Shown here: positions 60,401 to 64,000 of the stretch, in pieces
Numbering within the stretch: position 1 is the first letter of the stretch
Layout of the letters: every line of letters starts with the position of its first letter
Source of the DNA: Lingula anatina
Taxonomy: Eukaryota > Animalia > Brachiopoda
Length of the DNA stretch: 64,000 nucleotides
NCBI GenBank assembly: GCA_051362555.1
Contig: CM120642.1
Location: 8,246,001-8,310,000, forward strand
Reading direction: 5' to 3'
Position numbers and translations under genes: made by a program
The notes under the pieces: generated by a model
Database searches by the model: none
Told to the model about the DNA's origin: nothing
What the model saw: only the letters and a program-made list of their open reading frames with translations

Positions 60401-63370
60401 TATGTCTCCAACATTGCCTGAGAGTGGAGAGAAGAGGCAAAGAATGGCTTATAGCAATGGGAATGAAGGAAAAGGTAATGAAAATAAAGGAAAAGTTTTT
60501 TTTCTTTTATTGTTAAAGAGATAGGTAGAATTTTTCTGACATTGTGAAAAAAATTAATAATACAGATGTACACTGTCAGAGCATAATGTGTTATTTATAT
60601 GTGGAAATTATATCTACCAGTTAGCATGAAAGCATTATAATGTACACTCACACATATTGTGCTTGGAGTTTAATCAAGTTAACCTTGTTTTTTATAAAGG
60701 TGGACAATTTAATATTTAACTGCATTTTATCTTACATAATTGGTAGGAACTAAAATTATAGCCAAAGAGGAGAATCCAGCTCTGAGTGCAGCAGCCATCA
60801 ACAGAGGGAGGCTGAAGCAAGAGCAGCTAAAGAAAATCAAGGACAAGGCCAAGGAGACTATCAGACCAATGAAAGGGCACTTGCTCAGTGTAAAAAGCAC
60901 TGGGGATAGGGTGTCCCTGCGCCAGGCAGTGAGGGAGGAATTACCTCAGTGGTATCCCAAGCAGAAGGTAATGCTGAATCCGTCTGCACCCTTAACTTTT
61001 AAAACACTGGTCACTTGAATTAGTGGGCATTTATCATTCACTAAATTGGTGATGAAATTAAAAGATAATTTGAAAACATCTTAAACAACCGCTAAGACAT
61101 ACAGACTTTTTCTGAAGAACTCTAATTTATTTTTACTAGTTGGATACTAAAGTTCTTTACATCTGTAGTGGTATACACTAGAAAAACAGACTGTACCAGT
61201 ACATTTTGAGAGATTGACAACTTAATACTTAATGATGATGTTAGATAATGATTAGGTAACAGAAATTCTGTGATTGAAATTCTGTGTTTAGGTAGATCCT
61301 GTCTCATGATACATTTCAATTAGAGTATTTATTTTTGTAATTTCAAAATTAAAATAGTCTTCATAATTGTTATTGAATCAATTGTTTGCTTCTCCTTATC
61401 ATCTAGTTGTATGGTCTTGGTGTACTGCCCTCCACTTTGGAAGTCTCCGCCTCCAATGCAGAAGAGTTCCACTTCCTGCCCAAGGAGCACTTTTTACCCA
61501 GCATACTGAGGAGTGGGGAGGGGTACAAAGTGGGAGATGGAGCCACACTGATACTGGATGACCAGGGCTGTGCTGGCAAAGATGAATTTTACAGGTATAA
61601 AGACAGGAGCAGTCTGTGGCTCAAGATTCCTGTCAATAGTTGACAAATGTCTGAATTTTTTTTCATATGTGTCAGTTGTTTTCAGTAAATATTGGCCAGG
61701 GAAGCTATATTGTCAAGAGAATTCCCCCTTTCCCAGTATTTTATTATGTCTCATGCTACCCTGAATATGATTTTATTATGGGAGTTTTCGATCATCAAAT
61801 CTCCTTATCCTACTTGTCCTTCAAGTTCCTGGTGACTGAGAATCTACTGGCCCAAAGCAGAAATACCGACTAAAGAAACTGAACAGATTGTGATAATGAC
61901 CAGTATTCAATTTTACTGGGGTCAGGTAGGGGCCATGCAGTTCAAACATCACAAACTGGTTTCCTGAGACAAAATGGGATATCTATGGGTTTTCTATTGA
62001 CCACAGTGACTGTTTTCATTGCAGAGCATTCCTGGACATGCCTGGGGTTGACCCGCGTCTGGTCAGCCAGGACTGGGTCTATAACCACTACCGCTGGATT
62101 GTGTGGAAGATGGCTGCCATGGAAGTGGCTTTTCCGCAACAGTTTGGTGGAAGGTATGGCAGTAATGAACTCTGATTGCTTTGTCAGATTTCGCAAGTTT
62201 CATTGTTCAGTTTTTTTTGTTTTTTTTTCATGCTTACAAAGAAATAGAATTGCTTCAGATATCTTTTCAGATCAGCAATTTTGTCCTAGAAATAGAAATA
62301 ATTTGTGGTAATCCTTGATATTATATTTTTTATTCAAGTTGGGGAAATAATACAGTGATAGCAAAGAAAATCCATTACTTTTTCATATGATAAGTGTTAA
62401 GTATTTTTTTTTTCTGTATAGAGCTGTTTGTCTTCTTGACAGTCTTTATAAGAATCTTCAAAACAAACCTACAGACATATGCTAAGTATGTACAATATTT
62501 TGACTGTCTAGTGGGTCATAAAATCAATGATGTACATTTTTGTCATAGATTGCTCTGTTCTTGTGACTTGATGAAATTCAAGCACAAGTTAAATATTATA
62601 CACTTGAAAATATAATTCAGTAAAATATCAAAATAGACTGTTATATAAAAGTAAAACGTTACAAAAATTGTGTATATTGTACACTAAATATTCAATCTTT
62701 TTCAAATACTAAGTCTTATCGCTTTACCGTACTTAAAGCAACACTAAGAATATACTGGACCAAAGGCCTTAAATTACTAGCTTACATGTTCATATATTAG
62801 TTAGAAAAAAGCTCCTACTGGACATTAGAACGAATTGAGACTATAAAATGTTAATTCTTACACATGCCTTGATTATTACTTCACTTCAGATTGTAAAGGG
62901 GATGAAATAGTGTAGTAATATCATACTAAAAGATGAGTTTTTTGTTAGTCCAGTAATAGAATCAAAGTTATTGATATACAGAGTTGCAGGCAATCAAGTT
63001 ATGATCTGTCATGATGTGTGAAGTCATTTAAAGCTGATTCAGAAATGGGTTCACAAGAGACAGTTACTTTAAACTTGACACTGTTTCATATGTATCCCTG
63101 CATTTAATGTAGAACTGATTAAAAAAAAACTTACATAACATGCTTATAATATAAGTACAGTACATGCTGTATACTTTAGGGCACTTGTTTTGCACTATTT
63201 ATAAAGCAACTGACTTATAAACAACCTGTTGGAATGTAACTTGATAGTAAGTAGAGATCAATCTGTATATCCTATGTAAAGGTTGCTATTTGTTCCAGGT
63301 GCCTGACCCCTCACAGAGTGATGCTACAGCTCAAGTACAGATACGACAGAGAGGTGGATGCCAGTCAAAG
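45585..63370 (+). CDS. BRCA2: Breast cancer type 2 susceptibility protein homolog (5' 15 coding exons; continues beyond the window)
   Basis: Phase-consistent exons 45585-45738, 47949-48098, 48961-49225, 49494-49633, 49941-50008, 50396-53213, 53497-53625, 53929-54152, 54652-59311, 59613-59694, 59975-60474, 60747-60967, 61407-61594, 62025-62153, 63299-63370. Motifs: [13 protein letters not shown] (PALB2-binding), SLGAD...[14 protein letters not shown] repeats, FVPPF, helical-domain [29 protein letters not shown] and [10 protein letters not shown]. Start codon choice is the least certain part. Confidence 0.95.
45762..45907. mobile_element. Second copy of the ~150-bp 8-bp-TSD MITE, reverse orientation, in a BRCA2 intron
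   Basis: Homologous to 23463-23620. Flanks GTTGACTT (45754-45761) and GTAGACTT (45908-45915). Confidence 0.8.
46033..46133. repeat. (TG)n-(TGAG)n compound microsatellite
   Basis: Direct reading. Confidence 0.95.
46139..47821 (+). mobile_element. Helentron-associated non-autonomous element (HINE/DINE-1-like) with internal tandem repeats
   Basis: 5' T-run, subTIR ATGTACAGACA (46145-46155) with adjacent inverted copy (46162-46172), CGTC/CGCCGT microsatellite and 161-bp tandem repeats. 3' subTIR TGTCTGTACAT (47785-47795), short hairpin CAGCTTTGCTG, then a T-run. Confidence 0.85.
48822..48872. repeat. (TA)n microsatellite
   Basis: Direct reading. Confidence 0.95.
55378..58955 (+). repeat. BRC repeat array within the 4660-bp BRCA2 exon
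   Basis: 13 FxxA[S/N]G...[V/I]S...L..[A/T]..[L/I/V/M] repeats plus ~4 degenerate ones (FTSLNG, FTVADG, YTALGN, FYTVSD), counted by eye in the ORF translation. Confidence 0.9.
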
Positions 63371-64000
63371 GTACCAGGGTGATAAACTTGGCTCTCAATA
63401 GCTTATCTAGCACGTATATACCTAATATAAAATGGCCTAGTTATCGCTCGTTAAATACTTGAAAACTTGAGGCCCCTTATGTTATTGTTATTGCCACCTT
63501 GTGGAAATATGAACATTTACAGCTGCAGATTTATCGTCCTTCAAAATGCATTAATTTTAATACCCTGAAGTTCATATTTAAACATAGAAAGTTATGAGTG
63601 TGGGCTTTTGCTTCTGGCTAAGGCCATTGCTGACATTTTGTTTATGAATAACACTATTAATAGTAAGAAAAGATAACTTTGGAAATTGAGTCAACTTTTA
63701 AAAGGCACCTTGAAAGTTTTTAACAAAGTCTAATCTGGAGTGGTCTACAGCAGAACCTCTGTATTGGCTGTCATATGTACTGGAGCCGGCCTATAGATGG
63801 AGTCTAACCCCACGATGTTGAGGTTTTCTTTTTTAATCTCCTTCACAATTCTCATCCCCTCTCGGCTGATCTTGGTCCCCATTAAAAGTACTTCCTGGAC
63901 ACTGACATTGACAGCTAAAGCGGCAGCGAGGGTCCGGCAGCCCTGGTTTGATATGTTAATCCTGCTGAGGTCCAGGCGCTGGACAGTGTGGTTGAATTTC

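Noticed and set aside
50733-60440. Many short antisense or alternate-frame ORFs inside BRCA2 exons
   Set aside because: Shadow ORFs; the main frame is explained by BRCA2 homology.

Overview
Intron-rich, AT-rich animal genomic DNA, probably a marine invertebrate (inferred from repeat types; species not determinable). 1-5.5 kb: tandem array of ~1.47-kb units, each with two different tRNA-like Pol III A/B-box modules. 8.7-11.1 kb: secreted Vps62-like gene (minus strand, one coding exon plus a 5' non-coding exon). 16.5-42.1 kb: four paralogous 5-exon genes for secreted single-VWA (MIDAS) proteins, one plus and three minus. 25.7-32.0 kb: near-intact full-length LINE in the promoter of one paralog; ORF1 has an RNase H1-type hybrid-binding domain, coiled coil and SGNH esterase, and ORF2 has APE-RT with a single 1-nt frameshift. 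45.2 kb to the end: BRCA2 ortholog with an expanded BRC array (13 canonical plus ~4 degenerate), running off the window. Several MITEs, a Helentron-type non-autonomous element and microsatellites are interspersed. All gene models were built by hand from splice signals, phase and motif recall; no database searches were run.
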